Positions 38,610 through 48,370 of a stretch of 64,000 nt of DNA are shown one piece after another. Location of the stretch: the NCBI GenBank assembly GCA_045615685.1, contig JAZLFG010000023.1, positions 6,818 through 70,817 on the forward strand, read 5' to 3'. Every line of letters begins with the position of its first letter. The stretch's first letter is position 1. The DNA comes from Faecousia sp. GTDB lineage: Bacteria; Bacillota; Clostridia; Oscillospirales; Oscillospiraceae. Position numbers and translations under genes: made by a program. The notes beneath the pieces were generated by a model. That model saw only the letters and a program-made list of their open reading frames with translations. It was not told the origin of the DNA and did no database searches.

Positions 38610-39793
38610 ACCCTCTGGCCTCCTGCCAATTTGGAATGTTTGATTTTCCGCTTTGTAACTAGCTGATTCGTGCTTTGCCTGGAAACGCTCAGAATCATGC
38701 CCATCTGGGCCAGGTTGACCAGCAGCGCTGTGCCACCATAGGAGAAAAACGGCAGCGATATACCGGTGGATGGCAAAAGATTCGACACCACGCCGATGTT
38801 CAAAAACACTTGAAGGCCAAGTAATGTGACCATTCCAGCCACAAGTAGCGCCCCAAAGCGATCTCTTGCGTGCATAGAGATCCAGTAGCCCCGCAGGATT
38901 AAAAGCAAAAACAGCACCACAATTACCATAGCACCGATAAAGCCCAGCTCCTCGCACACAACGGCAAAAATATAGTCGTTGTGCTCCTCCGGCAGATACA
39001 GATACTTCTGCCGACTCTTGCCAAACCCCAGGCCGGTCAGCCCGCCAGAGCCAATGGCATAACGCGACTGTATGATCTGATAGCCGTCATCCCTTGGAAG
39101 ATCTTCCGGGTGCATCCACGCCCGAATCCGATTGCCGGAATAGCCCTTGGTAAGCAGATAGACCGCAACCAGCGCCGCGCCTGCCAGAGCCAGGCCAACG
39201 AGCCACTTTTTATCGGTGCCCCCAAGAAACATCATCACCGCACCGGTCATAATGATAATCAGGGTTGCGGATAAGTGGGGCTCCAGGTATAAAAGGAACG
39301 CAATCACGCCCATGATCACCAGATACGGCGCCACACCGTAGCGGAAATCGTACATTCGATCCCGCCATCGGGTCATCATCGACGCAAAGGACAGCACCAC
39401 ACCCACCTTGGCAATCTCCGATGGCTGGAAGCTGACAAAGCCCAGACCGATCCAGCGCCGAGCGCCGCCACTAGAGGTGCCGATCAGCGGTACAAGCATC
39501 AAAAAAACAATGGAAATAAGTAGAATCGGAAAGCCCAATGCCCGCCAGAGCTGATAGTTTAGGCGGCTGATAAACCACATAACCAGCAGACCCGCAACCG
39601 CAAAGCCTCCCTGTCGCACGAAATAGTAGGCAGGTCTTCCGCCCTCCCGATAATATGCGCTGACATAGCTCGCGGAAAAGAGCATAATGACGCCGATGAT
39701 CACCAGCATCACCGTCAGGATCAAAAACGGGAGATCCAGCAGGCCACGTTCATCCGGCGCCTGGGCTTCCGGGTTCAATTTCCGTTCTGCCAT
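38606..39793 (-). CDS. ftsW: SEDS-family peptidoglycan glycosyltransferase FtsW/SpoVE
   Basis: About 10 TM helices, with the FtsW/RodA/SpoVE motifs PSEIAK and LPEEHNDYIFA. Confidence 0.9.
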   Translation of the reverse strand: MAERKLNPEAQAPDERGLLDLPFLILTVMLVIIGVIMLFSASYVSAYYREGGRPAYYFVRQGGFAVAGLLVMWFISRLNYQLWRALGFPILLISIVFLMLVPLIGTSSGGARRWIGLGFVSFQPSEIAKVGVVLSFASMMTRWRDRMYDFRYGVAPYLVIMGVIAFLLYLEPHLSATLIIIMTGAVMMFLGGTDKKWLVGLALAGAALVAVYLLTKGYSGNRIRAWMHPEDLPRDDGYQIIQSRYAIGSGGLTGLGFGKSRQKYLYLPEEHNDYIFAVVCEELGFIGAMVIVVLFLLLILRGYWISMHARDRFGALLVAGMVTLLGLQVFLNIGVVSNLLPSTGISLPFFSYGGTALLVNLAQMGMILSVSRQSTNQLVTKRKIKHSKLAGGQRV

Positions 39794-39818
39794 AGACCTC
39801 TCCCTTCTGCGGCGCGTC

Positions 39819-40814
39819 TTAATAGCGAGCCGCTACGCCATACCAGGCCAGAATACACATCACGCAGGTAATCGCAGTGAATACCGCGAAAATCTTTACT
39901 TCACTCCAGCCACCCAGCTCAAAATGATGGTGAATGGGGGTCATGCGGAAAATACGCTTGCCGTGTGTCAGCTTGAAATAGCAGACCTGCATCATAACAG
40001 AGACCGTCTCCAAGATGTAGATCAGTCCCACCAGGATCAGCACCAGAGGAAGATCCAGGGCAAAGGCCATACCGCACACCGCAGCGCCCAAAAAAAGCGA
40101 GCCAGTGTCGCCCATGAAGACCTTTGCCGGGTGGAAATTATAGCACAGAAATCCACCCAGCGCACCCAAAAGGCAGGCCGGGAACAGCGATAGCGTCAGC
40201 TTTCCCGCCGCAACAGCCGTCACTGCGAAGAAAGTCATCACTGGCATGGTGACGCCGGTGGCAAGGCCATCAATCCCATCGGTCAGGTTGACTGCGTTGA
40301 CGCAGCCAACAATAACAAATATGGCAAACGCAATGTAGACAGGCGGTGAAATCTGCCAGGATACGGCGAAGAACGGCACATACAGCGCACAGGTCAGATC
40401 GCCCAAGCGATAAAGAATATAGAGATATAGCGCCGCCGCCGCAAGCTGCAAAAGGAGCTTTTGCAGCGCGGTCAGACCGAGATTACGTTTGTATTTTACC
40501 TTGAAAAAATCGTCCAGAAAGCCAATGGCCCCAAATGCCAGCGAGAAAACCAGCACCAGAAGATGGGTCCATTCCCCTTCCATCATGCCCTTCCAACCGA
40601 AAGGAATGCTCAGTAGCAACCCTGCCACGAAGATGATGCCGCCCATGGTGGGCGTACCGGATTTGGAGCTGTGCCAGCTCGGGCCGATCTCACGGATGGA
40701 CTGCCCCGCTTTAAGTGCGCGAAGCACTGGAATGAAAAGCTTTCCGGCCAACAAGGAAATTAAAAATGCACAGGCCGCCGCTAATATAATATATAGAATC
40801 GAAGTGTTCCACAT
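39819..40814 (-). CDS. mraY: Phospho-N-acetylmuramoyl-pentapeptide transferase
   Basis: Contains GTPTMGG, NLTDGIDGLA and MGDTGSLFLG; canonical MraY. Confidence 0.95.
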   Translation of the reverse strand: MWNTSILYIILAAACAFLISLLAGKLFIPVLRALKAGQSIREIGPSWHSSKSGTPTMGGIIFVAGLLLSIPFGWKGMMEGEWTHLLVLVFSLAFGAIGFLDDFFKVKYKRNLGLTALQKLLLQLAAAALYLYILYRLGDLTCALYVPFFAVSWQISPPVYIAFAIFVIVGCVNAVNLTDGIDGLATGVTMPVMTFFAVTAVAAGKLTLSLFPACLLGALGGFLCYNFHPAKVFMGDTGSLFLGAAVCGMAFALDLPLVLILVGLIYILETVSVMMQVCYFKLTHGKRIFRMTPIHHHFELGGWSEVKIFAVFTAITCVMCILAWYGVAARY

Positions 40815-40840
40815 GACACATCCTCCGGGTTATTCTCCTC

Positions 40841-42205
40841 TTATTTTTCCTGGAGAAACAGCTCCAGCGCCCGTTCCATTTTCATTCCACGGCTACCCTT
40901 AAAAAGAAGGGTGTCGCCGGGCTTTGCCACACGGCGCAGCATGGCCGCAAGCTCCTCGTGGGTGTTGAAGCGACCAGTGGCCTTGTTGCTGATGCCGCCG
41001 GTGACTGCACCAATGATCACGCGGTCGCTGTGGGTGCCGTAGGCAAAGACCATATCCGCCTTTTCTGCTGCCAGGCGGCCAAGCCGGTAGTGCTCAGCCA
41101 CCGAGCAGGTGCCAAGCTCCAGCATATCGCCCAGCACGGCAATCCGGCGGCCAGTAGTTCTGTGCTCCGCCAGCACGCCAAGAGCTGCCTGCATAGACTC
41201 GGGGCCTGCGTTGTAGCAGTCCTCAATGATGGTAAAGCCGTTCTTTTCGTAGATGCTCTGTCGGCTTCCCGTGTTCTGGAACTGCGCAAGTGCCGACTGA
41301 ATCCGCTCCGGCTTCACCTGCTGGAGCAAGCCCACGGTAATGGCCGCCAGGGCGTCATAGACAATGTGGATGCCCTCCGCCGGAACAAAGACATCAAATT
41401 CCTGTCCAAGTCCCTTGACACGGAAGTACATGCCGCCGTCCGCCTGCACAATATTGCTGCCACACAGGTCGCAATCCGGATGATCAAGGCCGAAGAAAAT
41501 CGGTGTTTTCGAAATCTTTTCCCTTTGATTCCAAAGAAGAGGCTCGTCGCCGTTGAAGACAACCTTTCCGTCTGGCGTCAGGCCCTCCAAAATCTCCAGC
41601 TTTGCTCTGAGAATGCCCTCCCGAGAGCCCAGATGCTCAATGTGCATGGTGCCAATGTTGTTGATCAGCGCCACATTAGGCCGGGCAATGGAGGTCAGAT
41701 AGGACATCTCCCGGAAGTGGTTCATTCCCATCTCCAATACGGCAAATTCACAATCCGAGGCAATGCCCAAAACGCTCAGGGGCAGACCAACATTATTATT
41801 GTGGTTCCCCTCGGAGCGACAGGTTTTGTAGGTGGTGGCCAGCACGTCGGCAATCATTTCCTTCGTGGTGGTTTTGCCGACGCTGCCGGTGACGCCGACA
41901 ACCTGGACGGGATGGAACATCCGGTAGCCCCTGGCCAGTGCACCCAGGGCTTGCAGGGTGTCGTCCACGAAGACCGCAGGAACACCGGGGCCCATCTGCT
42001 TGTGGGTCATCACGGCACCCGCGCCCTTCTCCAGCGCCTGCCGAACGAAAATATGTCCGTCAAAATTATCACCCTGGAGGGCAATGAAAAGCTCTCCCGG
42101 CCGAATGTGCCGGGTATCGGTGCTAACGCCCGCAATCTCCAGGTTGGCAAATTCCGGCGCCACCGCACCGTCGCACCACTGCGCGACCTGCTTCAATGTC
42201 AGCAT
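40841..42205 (-). CDS. murF: UDP-N-acetylmuramoyl-tripeptide--D-alanyl-D-alanine ligase
   Basis: Has a Mur ligase P-loop GVTGSVGKTTTK. ATG 42205 has GGAGGAGG 6 nt upstream. Confidence 0.92.
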   Translation of the reverse strand: MLTLKQVAQWCDGAVAPEFANLEIAGVSTDTRHIRPGELFIALQGDNFDGHIFVRQALEKGAGAVMTHKQMGPGVPAVFVDDTLQALGALARGYRMFHPVQVVGVTGSVGKTTTKEMIADVLATTYKTCRSEGNHNNNVGLPLSVLGIASDCEFAVLEMGMNHFREMSYLTSIARPNVALINNIGTMHIEHLGSREGILRAKLEILEGLTPDGKVVFNGDEPLLWNQREKISKTPIFFGLDHPDCDLCGSNIVQADGGMYFRVKGLGQEFDVFVPAEGIHIVYDALAAITVGLLQQVKPERIQSALAQFQNTGSRQSIYEKNGFTIIEDCYNAGPESMQAALGVLAEHRTTGRRIAVLGDMLELGTCSVAEHYRLGRLAAEKADMVFAYGTHSDRVIIGAVTGGISNKATGRFNTHEELAAMLRRVAKPGDTLLFKGSRGMKMERALELFLQEK

Positions 42206-42206
42206 A

Positions 42207-43664
42207 TTATTCCTCCTCCGCAAGCTTTGCCAGACATTCGGCAACAATCTCGCGCTCGTCGAGATGGTATTTCACATGGTGGATCTCCTGGTAGTCCTCA
42301 TGTCCCTTCCCTGCCAGGACAATGACATCGTCCTTTTCCGCGTGTGCCATGGCCCAGGCAATCGCTTCCCTGCGGTTCTCAATCGTAATATAGGGGGTTT
42401 TGGTACCCTCGACCCCTTTCAAAATATCTGCAATGATGGCATTTGGATCCTCCGTACGGGGATTATCCGAGGTAATAATGGCAAAATCCGCGTTTTCCAC
42501 GGCGATTTTTCCCATGATGGGTCGCTTGATGGGATCCCGGTCGCCGCCGCAACCAAACAGGGCAATGACCCGGCCCTTGCAAAAGCCCCGCACGGTACGG
42601 AGCACATTTTCCAGGGCATCCGGGGTATGGGCATAGTCCGCGAGAACCGTATAGTCGGTACCCGGTGTCGGGATCACCTCCACGCGGCCCTTGACCCCCT
42701 GGGCTGTCCGGAGTGCCTCTGTGATGGCCGGGAGAGAAAGCCCCAGCTGCAGAGCACAGCCGATCACCGTCAAGCAATTATAAGCTGTGAAGCCGCCGGG
42801 AATGCCAAGACAGACCGGACTGACGCCTCCCTGATAGCAAACATCCATTTCAATATGATCAGAAAACTGCTGTATATTTTTTGCGCGCAACATCGCATCT
42901 TTAGAAATGCCATAAGTCAGCACAGGGCAAAGGGCGCCGTCCAGCATCATTTGCGCCCAGCAATCGTCGGTATTGACCACGCCATAGTCGCAGCGCCGGA
43001 ACAAAATCGCCTTCGCGGCAGCATATTCCTCCATCGTATGGTGGAAATCCAGATGATCCTCCGTGAGGTTTGTAAATGCCCCCACATAGAATCGCACCGC
43101 GCCAACCCGCTCAAGCACCAATGCGTGGGAGGATACCTCCATAATGACGTAGGTACAGCCTGCGTCCCGCATCTGAGCAAAAAGCCGATGCACCTCAAAG
43201 CTCTCCGGCGTGGTGCGCTCGGTGTGGAGCACCTGATCACCAATCATATTCTGTATGGTGCCGATGAGCCCCACCTTGGCGCCGATCGTCTTTTCCAATA
43301 CACTTTTTAGGAGGTAGGTGGAGGTCGTCTTACCGTTAGTGCCGGTCACACCAATGATCTTCATTTCGTCCGCCGGGTGTCCGAACCAGTTGGCTCCAAG
43401 CTGCGCCAGCGCCAGCCGGGCAGACGGCACCTGCACATAGGAGCAAGGCACCTCCGGCTTTCGCTCACAGAGCACGACCGCCGCGCCCTTCTCCAAAGCT
43501 GCTGGAATAAACCTGTGTCCGTCCGATGCAAAGCCGGAAATTGCCACAAACATCTGGCCAGCTTCACACTGTCGGGAGTCATAGCACACCCCGGTAAGCT
43601 CTGTATCCAAATCTGCAGCCAGCTCGCGGATGCAAATATCCCGCAATAATTCCTTCAGCTTCAT
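42207..43664 (-). CDS. murE: UDP-N-acetylmuramoyl-L-alanyl-D-glutamate--2,6-diaminopimelate ligase
   Basis: Contains the P-loop GVTGTNGKTT and the DNPR motif (SDNPRTEDP), which predicts meso-DAP specificity. Confidence 0.93.
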   Translation of the reverse strand: MKLKELLRDICIRELAADLDTELTGVCYDSRQCEAGQMFVAISGFASDGHRFIPAALEKGAAVVLCERKPEVPCSYVQVPSARLALAQLGANWFGHPADEMKIIGVTGTNGKTTSTYLLKSVLEKTIGAKVGLIGTIQNMIGDQVLHTERTTPESFEVHRLFAQMRDAGCTYVIMEVSSHALVLERVGAVRFYVGAFTNLTEDHLDFHHTMEEYAAAKAILFRRCDYGVVNTDDCWAQMMLDGALCPVLTYGISKDAMLRAKNIQQFSDHIEMDVCYQGGVSPVCLGIPGGFTAYNCLTVIGCALQLGLSLPAITEALRTAQGVKGRVEVIPTPGTDYTVLADYAHTPDALENVLRTVRGFCKGRVIALFGCGGDRDPIKRPIMGKIAVENADFAIITSDNPRTEDPNAIIADILKGVEGTKTPYITIENRREAIAWAMAHAEKDDVIVLAGKGHEDYQEIHHVKYHLDEREIVAECLAKLAEEE

Positions 43665-43689
43665 GGAGAAGGCCTCCTAACAAAAAATC

Positions 43690-46155
43690 TTAATCTCTGG
43701 CGGAGGAATCGGTCAGCTCCACCGTGATGGTGGTGCCCCGCTCAACCTCAGTGCCCGCCGGAATGCTTTGGGCACTGACTGAAACGGTGCCCGACTGGTT
43801 TGTGGTACCGCGGGTCTGCAGATACAGCCCGCCAATGTTACTAATTGTAATATTTGCTTCGTACTGTGTCAAGCCAATTAGGTCGGGAACTGTGACCAGA
43901 TCTGTGGGTTTTTCCTCGCCAAGATATACCAGCACCGTGGAATTTCCCGGTACCGCAGCGCCGGACGATGGAATTTGATCGGTCACCGTCTCCCCTTCGC
44001 CCACAAAGCGCACCTCCAAATGGTTCTCCGTCAGAGACTTTTCTGCCTCCTCGCGGCTCAGTGCCATCACATTGGGCATGGTCATATTGACCAGGTGCAG
44101 CTCCTCCTCGTCATAGTGCGGCGTAACGCCAAGGTATGGAAGAATGTCCGTAAACACATCCCGCACCACTGGGGCTGCCATGACGCCGCCGGAGATATAG
44201 TAACCCGTTGCCTTGGAAGGCGTGTCCAGCGCCACCAGGACAATGTACTGCGGATCGTCAATGGGCGCGACACCTACAAAGGAGACAATTTTATCGTCCA
44301 CCCGATTGCCGTTTTCATCCAGTACGTCAATTTTTTCCGACGTGCCGGTCTTTCCGCCGATGGCATAGCCCACCACCTGGGCGTTGCTGGCGGTGCCATC
44401 GGTTACAACGCTCTCCATCAGCTCACACATGGTGTGGGAGGTTCCTTCGCTAATCACCTGCCGCAGAACATGACGCTCGCGCTTCTCAATCACATTGCCG
44501 TCGCCGTCGAGTACCTCGCTGACCACATAGGGCTCCAGCACATAGCCGCCGTTCACAACAGCAGAAACCGCCCGCACCAACTGAATGGGCGTGACCTTAA
44601 AGGTCTGACCGAAGGCAGCCGAGGTCAGAGAGGCATAGGTCTCCGGATTTGCCAGCGCATCACGGGAGAAGAAAAAACCATTGGCCTCGCCCGGCAGATC
44701 AATGCCGGTCTGCTCTAAAAGCCCGAAGGCTTTCACATATTCATAGAGCTTTTCGCCTCCCAGGGCAATGCCAATGTTGGCAAAGGCCAGGTTACAGGAA
44801 TTTTGCAGGGCCTGCGCCGTAGTCTGACTGCCATGGCCGGCACTTTTCCAGCAGTGGAGCACATCGTCACGCTTTTCAATCTTCGCGGAGCCACCGCAGT
44901 ACCAGGTATCCGAAAGGCTTACTGCCCCCTCCTCCAAAGCAGAAGCCAGGGTGATGGTCTTGAAGGTGGAGCCCGGCTCATAGCCGTCGGAGACCACCCG
45001 GTTGCGCCACTGCTTCAGTCGCGCCTCCATCACAGCTTGGTTATATTCCCCCAGCAGCTTCTCATAGAGCGCTGCATAGCCCTGGGGGGTAGTGGGCATC
45101 TTCTCATCTTCTTCCTCGCCCTCTTTTTCTTCCTCGTCCGGTACCTTTGCTGTCTGCTGTGCAATGGTTGGCCGCTCAGATTTTGCCTTTGCGTCCATTG
45201 CATCGTTGTACAGTGCCTCCAGCTCCTCAAATACCTTGGCGTCAAAAATATCCAGATATTGGTTGGGGTCATAGCTTCCCAAGGTGGCCATGGCCTTGAT
45301 CTCCCCGGTGTTCACATCCATGACAATGCCGAAGGCGCCGTTCTGTACATCGTACTTTTCAATTGCCGCCTGCATGTTCTTTTCCAGAAACATTTGCACA
45401 GAATTATCAACGGTCAGCACCAGATCGCTGCCGTCGGTAGCTTCGTAGCATTTCTCAAACGAGTAGAGCATCTCCGCTCCGGCGTTGCCTCTGGTCGTCA
45501 CCACTGCGCCCGCCGTACCCTGGAGCTTGCCGTCATAGCCGGCCTCCAGCCCCTCTGCGCCCTTGTTTTCTCCATTCGTAAAACCGATGACCTGGGCCGC
45601 CAGGCTGCTGTAGGGATAGACACGCTGACTGTCTGCCTCCAGATGGACGCCACTGAGCTTATTCTCGCTGATAAATGCCCGCACCTTGTCGGCAAGTTCC
45701 TCTGAAATCCTTCGCTTGATGACCTTATAGAGCTTTGTGGTGTCTGCCGCCTGCTCCCGGATAAAATCCTCGTCCACATCCAGAAGCGCAGAAAGGCCTG
45801 CCGCGATTAGATTCAAATCCTCTTTCCCCTCTGCAATTGCCTCCGGATCGAGAAAGACATTTTCCACTGTGACCGAATTGGCCAGCACGTTCATATTGCA
45901 GTCGTAGATTGTACCCCGATCTGCGCTGACAGAAATGCTACGCGTTTGATTATTGATTGCCCTGCTCTCGTAATAATCGTGCCGCAGGATCATCAGGAAG
46001 AAAAGTCGGCCTGCAAGCAGCACAAACAGCAGACAAAAGATCACGCTCAAAAGCAGGGTGCGGCGCAGATAGGGTCGATTGGAGGTTTCCTTCTTGTTCT
46101 GCCGCCTCATTTTTCGCGGCTGAATGGGAATCACATTATTTTTTCGCTGCTTCAT
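43690..46155 (-). CDS. Class B penicillin-binding protein (FtsI/SpoVD type) with two C-terminal PASTA domains
   Basis: PBP dimerisation and transpeptidase domains (STFK, SGN-like, KTGT) followed by two PASTA repeats. The start is ambiguous: ATG 46155 (MKQRKNN...) or upstream ATG 46203. Confidence 0.88.
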   Translation of the reverse strand: MKQRKNNVIPIQPRKMRRQNKKETSNRPYLRRTLLLSVIFCLLFVLLAGRLFFLMILRHDYYESRAINNQTRSISVSADRGTIYDCNMNVLANSVTVENVFLDPEAIAEGKEDLNLIAAGLSALLDVDEDFIREQAADTTKLYKVIKRRISEELADKVRAFISENKLSGVHLEADSQRVYPYSSLAAQVIGFTNGENKGAEGLEAGYDGKLQGTAGAVVTTRGNAGAEMLYSFEKCYEATDGSDLVLTVDNSVQMFLEKNMQAAIEKYDVQNGAFGIVMDVNTGEIKAMATLGSYDPNQYLDIFDAKVFEELEALYNDAMDAKAKSERPTIAQQTAKVPDEEEKEGEEEDEKMPTTPQGYAALYEKLLGEYNQAVMEARLKQWRNRVVSDGYEPGSTFKTITLASALEEGAVSLSDTWYCGGSAKIEKRDDVLHCWKSAGHGSQTTAQALQNSCNLAFANIGIALGGEKLYEYVKAFGLLEQTGIDLPGEANGFFFSRDALANPETYASLTSAAFGQTFKVTPIQLVRAVSAVVNGGYVLEPYVVSEVLDGDGNVIEKRERHVLRQVISEGTSHTMCELMESVVTDGTASNAQVVGYAIGGKTGTSEKIDVLDENGNRVDDKIVSFVGVAPIDDPQYIVLVALDTPSKATGYYISGGVMAAPVVRDVFTDILPYLGVTPHYDEEELHLVNMTMPNVMALSREEAEKSLTENHLEVRFVGEGETVTDQIPSSGAAVPGNSTVLVYLGEEKPTDLVTVPDLIGLTQYEANITISNIGGLYLQTRGTTNQSGTVSVSAQSIPAGTEVERGTTITVELTDSSARD

Positions 46156-46271
46156 TCCATCACCTAAATCACAAACATGGGCGGAGAAGGTTTCACCGCC
46201 CATGAATTGCCGTCATCCACCAAAACACAGGCCATACGGTACAGGCCCTCCGCGTTCGATAGTATCTATAT

Positions 46272-46820
46272 TCATTGCCTGGCGAAGTATTCCATCAAGG
46301 TATGGATACTACGCACAATGGCTGTCCAGGCCGTCTGGGCGACATTCTCCTCGTGACGATCCGTAATTACCGCTCTGTCCGTACCCTGCAGATTCAAGTA
46401 GACCGTTTGCGCGCTGGTAGGCATTGTCATACCAAGCTGTGCCGCCTGCGCCTGAATAACATCCAGATCAATTTTACTGTCATAGATTGCCTGAAGATGC
46501 GCCTGATAGTTTTGAGCGTCGCTGATCTTGTTCTGGAGCTGATTGACCGCAGTCGTTTCCTCAAATAGCTGCACGTAGCCACAGATGACAAACACCAGCA
46601 TCATGGCCGCCGCCAAAAAACCCACCATACCCAGCGGAGCTACAGCCAGCTTAGCCTTGGGGCGAGGTCTGGGGCGGACATGGCGCCGAGGCTTTGGAAG
46701 CTGTCGGGCGGCATTCCCATCTTCATTGGATTGCCGATAAATATCATAGGCGGCAGCGCCGTTGGTTCTGTAGAGCGGGCTGCCGGTACGGCGCGTCGGA
46801 TCGTATGTATGCTGAGCCAT
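46272..46820 (-). CDS. ftsL: FtsL-like cell division protein (bitopic, coiled-coil)
   Basis: It occupies the position between rsmH and the PBP. It has one TM helix (LGMVGFLAAAMMLVFVICGYV) followed by a coiled-coil-like segment. RBS AAGGAGGG. Confidence 0.6.
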   Translation of the reverse strand: MAQHTYDPTRRTGSPLYRTNGAAAYDIYRQSNEDGNAARQLPKPRRHVRPRPRPKAKLAVAPLGMVGFLAAAMMLVFVICGYVQLFEETTAVNQLQNKISDAQNYQAHLQAIYDSKIDLDVIQAQAAQLGMTMPTSAQTVYLNLQGTDRAVITDRHEENVAQTAWTAIVRSIHTLMEYFARQ

Positions 46821-46846
46821 GACCTACAGCCCTCCTTTGCAATAAT

Positions 46847-47779
46847 CTATAGCTTCTCCGCCACCCGAAGCTTCGCGCTCCTGGCGCGGGGATTTCGCGC
46901 TAATTCTTCCTCGCCTGAGACAATGGGTTTCTTCGTCACGAGCTTTACCTGCGGTTTTTTTCCACAGACACATACCGGAAATTCCGGCGGACAGGTGCAG
47001 CCCCTGGCTGCGTCCTGCATGGCGTTTTTTACCAGACGATCCTCCAACGAATGAAAGGTGATCACCGCCAGACGACCTCCGGCATTTAGCCTGGGGATGG
47101 CGGCATGGAGCATATCGCTGACGCTGGCAAGCTCGTCGTTGACCGCAATGCGGATGGCCTGGAAGCTCCGCTTGGCCGGATGCTGCTTCTCCCGAAGGGC
47201 CTGGGGCGGCATCGCGCTGCGGATTACCTCCACCAGCTCAAAGGTGGATGCAATGGGTTTCTGCGTACGTCTGCGCTCGATGGCTGCAGCAATCAGCGGC
47301 GCATAGCGCTCCTCTCCAAATTCAAATAAAATGCGGCGAAGCTCCTCCCGGGGCCAGCCATTGACAATATCGTAGGCGCAGAGGGTATCCTCGGCGTTCA
47401 TCCGCATATCCAGAGGCGCATCCGTCATATAGGAAAAGCCCCGGCTTCCGTCATCGAGCTGTGGAGAGGATACGCCGAGATCGAAGAGCATCCCATCCGC
47501 CTTTTCAATGTGCAAATAATCTAAAATGGCATCAATTTCCCGAAAATTCGAATGCACCAGGGTCACCCGATCCATATAGGGGCCCAGCCGTTCCTTGGCT
47601 GCCGCCAGCGCCACCGGATCCCGATCCACGCCAATCAGGCGGCCGGTGGTCAGGTGCTTGACTAGCTCGCTTGAATGGCCTGCGCCGCCCAGAGTGCCAT
47701 CAAGATAGATACCGTCCGGCCGGATGTTGAGCGCCTCAATGGTCTCATCCAGCAATACCGGCACATGGTGAAATTCCAT
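46847..47779 (-). CDS. rsmH: 16S rRNA (cytosine1402-N4)-methyltransferase
   Basis: Starts MEFHHVPVLLDE and contains DGTLGGAGHS and FHSLEDR; canonical RsmH/MraW. Confidence 0.95.
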   Translation of the reverse strand: MEFHHVPVLLDETIEALNIRPDGIYLDGTLGGAGHSSELVKHLTTGRLIGVDRDPVALAAAKERLGPYMDRVTLVHSNFREIDAILDYLHIEKADGMLFDLGVSSPQLDDGSRGFSYMTDAPLDMRMNAEDTLCAYDIVNGWPREELRRILFEFGEERYAPLIAAAIERRRTQKPIASTFELVEVIRSAMPPQALREKQHPAKRSFQAIRIAVNDELASVSDMLHAAIPRLNAGGRLAVITFHSLEDRLVKNAMQDAARGCTCPPEFPVCVCGKKPQVKLVTKKPIVSGEEELARNPRARSAKLRVAEKL

Positions 47780-48195
47780 CAGAAGCCCAACTCCTTCATG
47801 GCCGCCAGCAAATTCTCCGGCTTCAGCTGCTCACGCTCCAGCTGGTCGTAGGCTTCCGCATCCCAAATCTCCGCGTGGGTGCCCTGGCCTATGAATACCA
47901 CATTCTGCGTAATGCTGGCATAACCGCGCAGATCCGGCGGCAGCAGGAAACGTCCCTGCTTGTCCGGCTCGCACTTTACCACATTGGCAAGCAAAAAGCG
48001 AAGGGTGCCAAGCTGGTAAAAGGGAACGGAATTGTACTTTTCCACGAAGCTGTCCCAGCTATCCTGGGTATAAACCGTCAGGCATTTGTCCAGACCCAGG
48101 GTCACATAGAAGGCCTCGCCAAGCTCATCGCGCAGCTTGGCCGGAACGAAAAGTCGGCCCTTGGGATCGACCGAATGTCGGAATTTTCCGTACAT
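47779..48195 (-). CDS. mraZ: Transcriptional regulator MraZ
   Basis: MYGKFRHSVDPKGRLFVPAKLR, with a second SpoVT-AbrB repeat (DKQGRFLLP). ATG 48195 has AGAGGTG 7 nt upstream; the ORF-track start at 48234 is rejected. Confidence 0.92.
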   Translation of the reverse strand: MYGKFRHSVDPKGRLFVPAKLRDELGEAFYVTLGLDKCLTVYTQDSWDSFVEKYNSVPFYQLGTLRFLLANVVKCEPDKQGRFLLPPDLRGYASITQNVVFIGQGTHAEIWDAEAYDQLEREQLKPENLLAAMKELGF

Positions 48196-48230
48196 GCTGC
48201 GCACCTCTTTCCTTTTTACTCTTTTTTCAT

Positions 48231-48246
48231 CCACTTCGCTCCACTT
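48231..48246 (-). promoter_or_regulatory. Two AAGTGG direct repeats 10 bp apart (candidate MraZ boxes)
   Basis: On the minus strand: AAGTGG at 48246-48241 and 48236-48231, just downstream of the candidate -10. MraZ operators are GTGG-type repeats with helical-turn spacing (established for E. coli, Bacillus and Mycoplasma). Confidence 0.4.
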
Positions 48247-48255
48247 TGCTCTTTT

Positions 48256-48284
48256 AGTATACCCCTTTGCCTAAAAAAAAGCAA
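48256..48284 (-). promoter_or_regulatory. Candidate Pmra promoter of the dcw cluster
   Basis: On the minus strand: TTGCTT (48284-48279), a 17-nt spacer, then TATACT (48261-48256). Confidence 0.4.
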
Positions 48285-48311
48285 CCCTATTTTTTCGTCT
48301 TTTTTCAATAA

Positions 48312-48360
48312 AAGCTCTGCCTCGGAATATCCCCATAGAGATTATTCCGAAGCAGAGCTT
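48312..48360 (-). terminator. Terminator after the CBS-domain gene
   Basis: AAGCTCTGCCTCGGAAT / ATTCCGAAGCAGAGCTT forms a 17-bp stem with one G-U pair on the minus-strand RNA, followed by TTATTGAAAAAA. Confidence 0.7.
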
Positions 48361-48370
48361 CATATGCTAT

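Noticed and set aside
40958-43310. Long plus-strand ORFs (455 and 450 aa) antisense to murF and murE, and similar ORFs antisense to hisA/hisH (13619-14398), purL (2622-3731) and IMPDH (4955-6199)
   Set aside because: They have the same shadow-ORF explanation. The opposite-strand genes have unambiguous family motifs, whereas these products are Arg/Gly/Ala-rich with no RBS.
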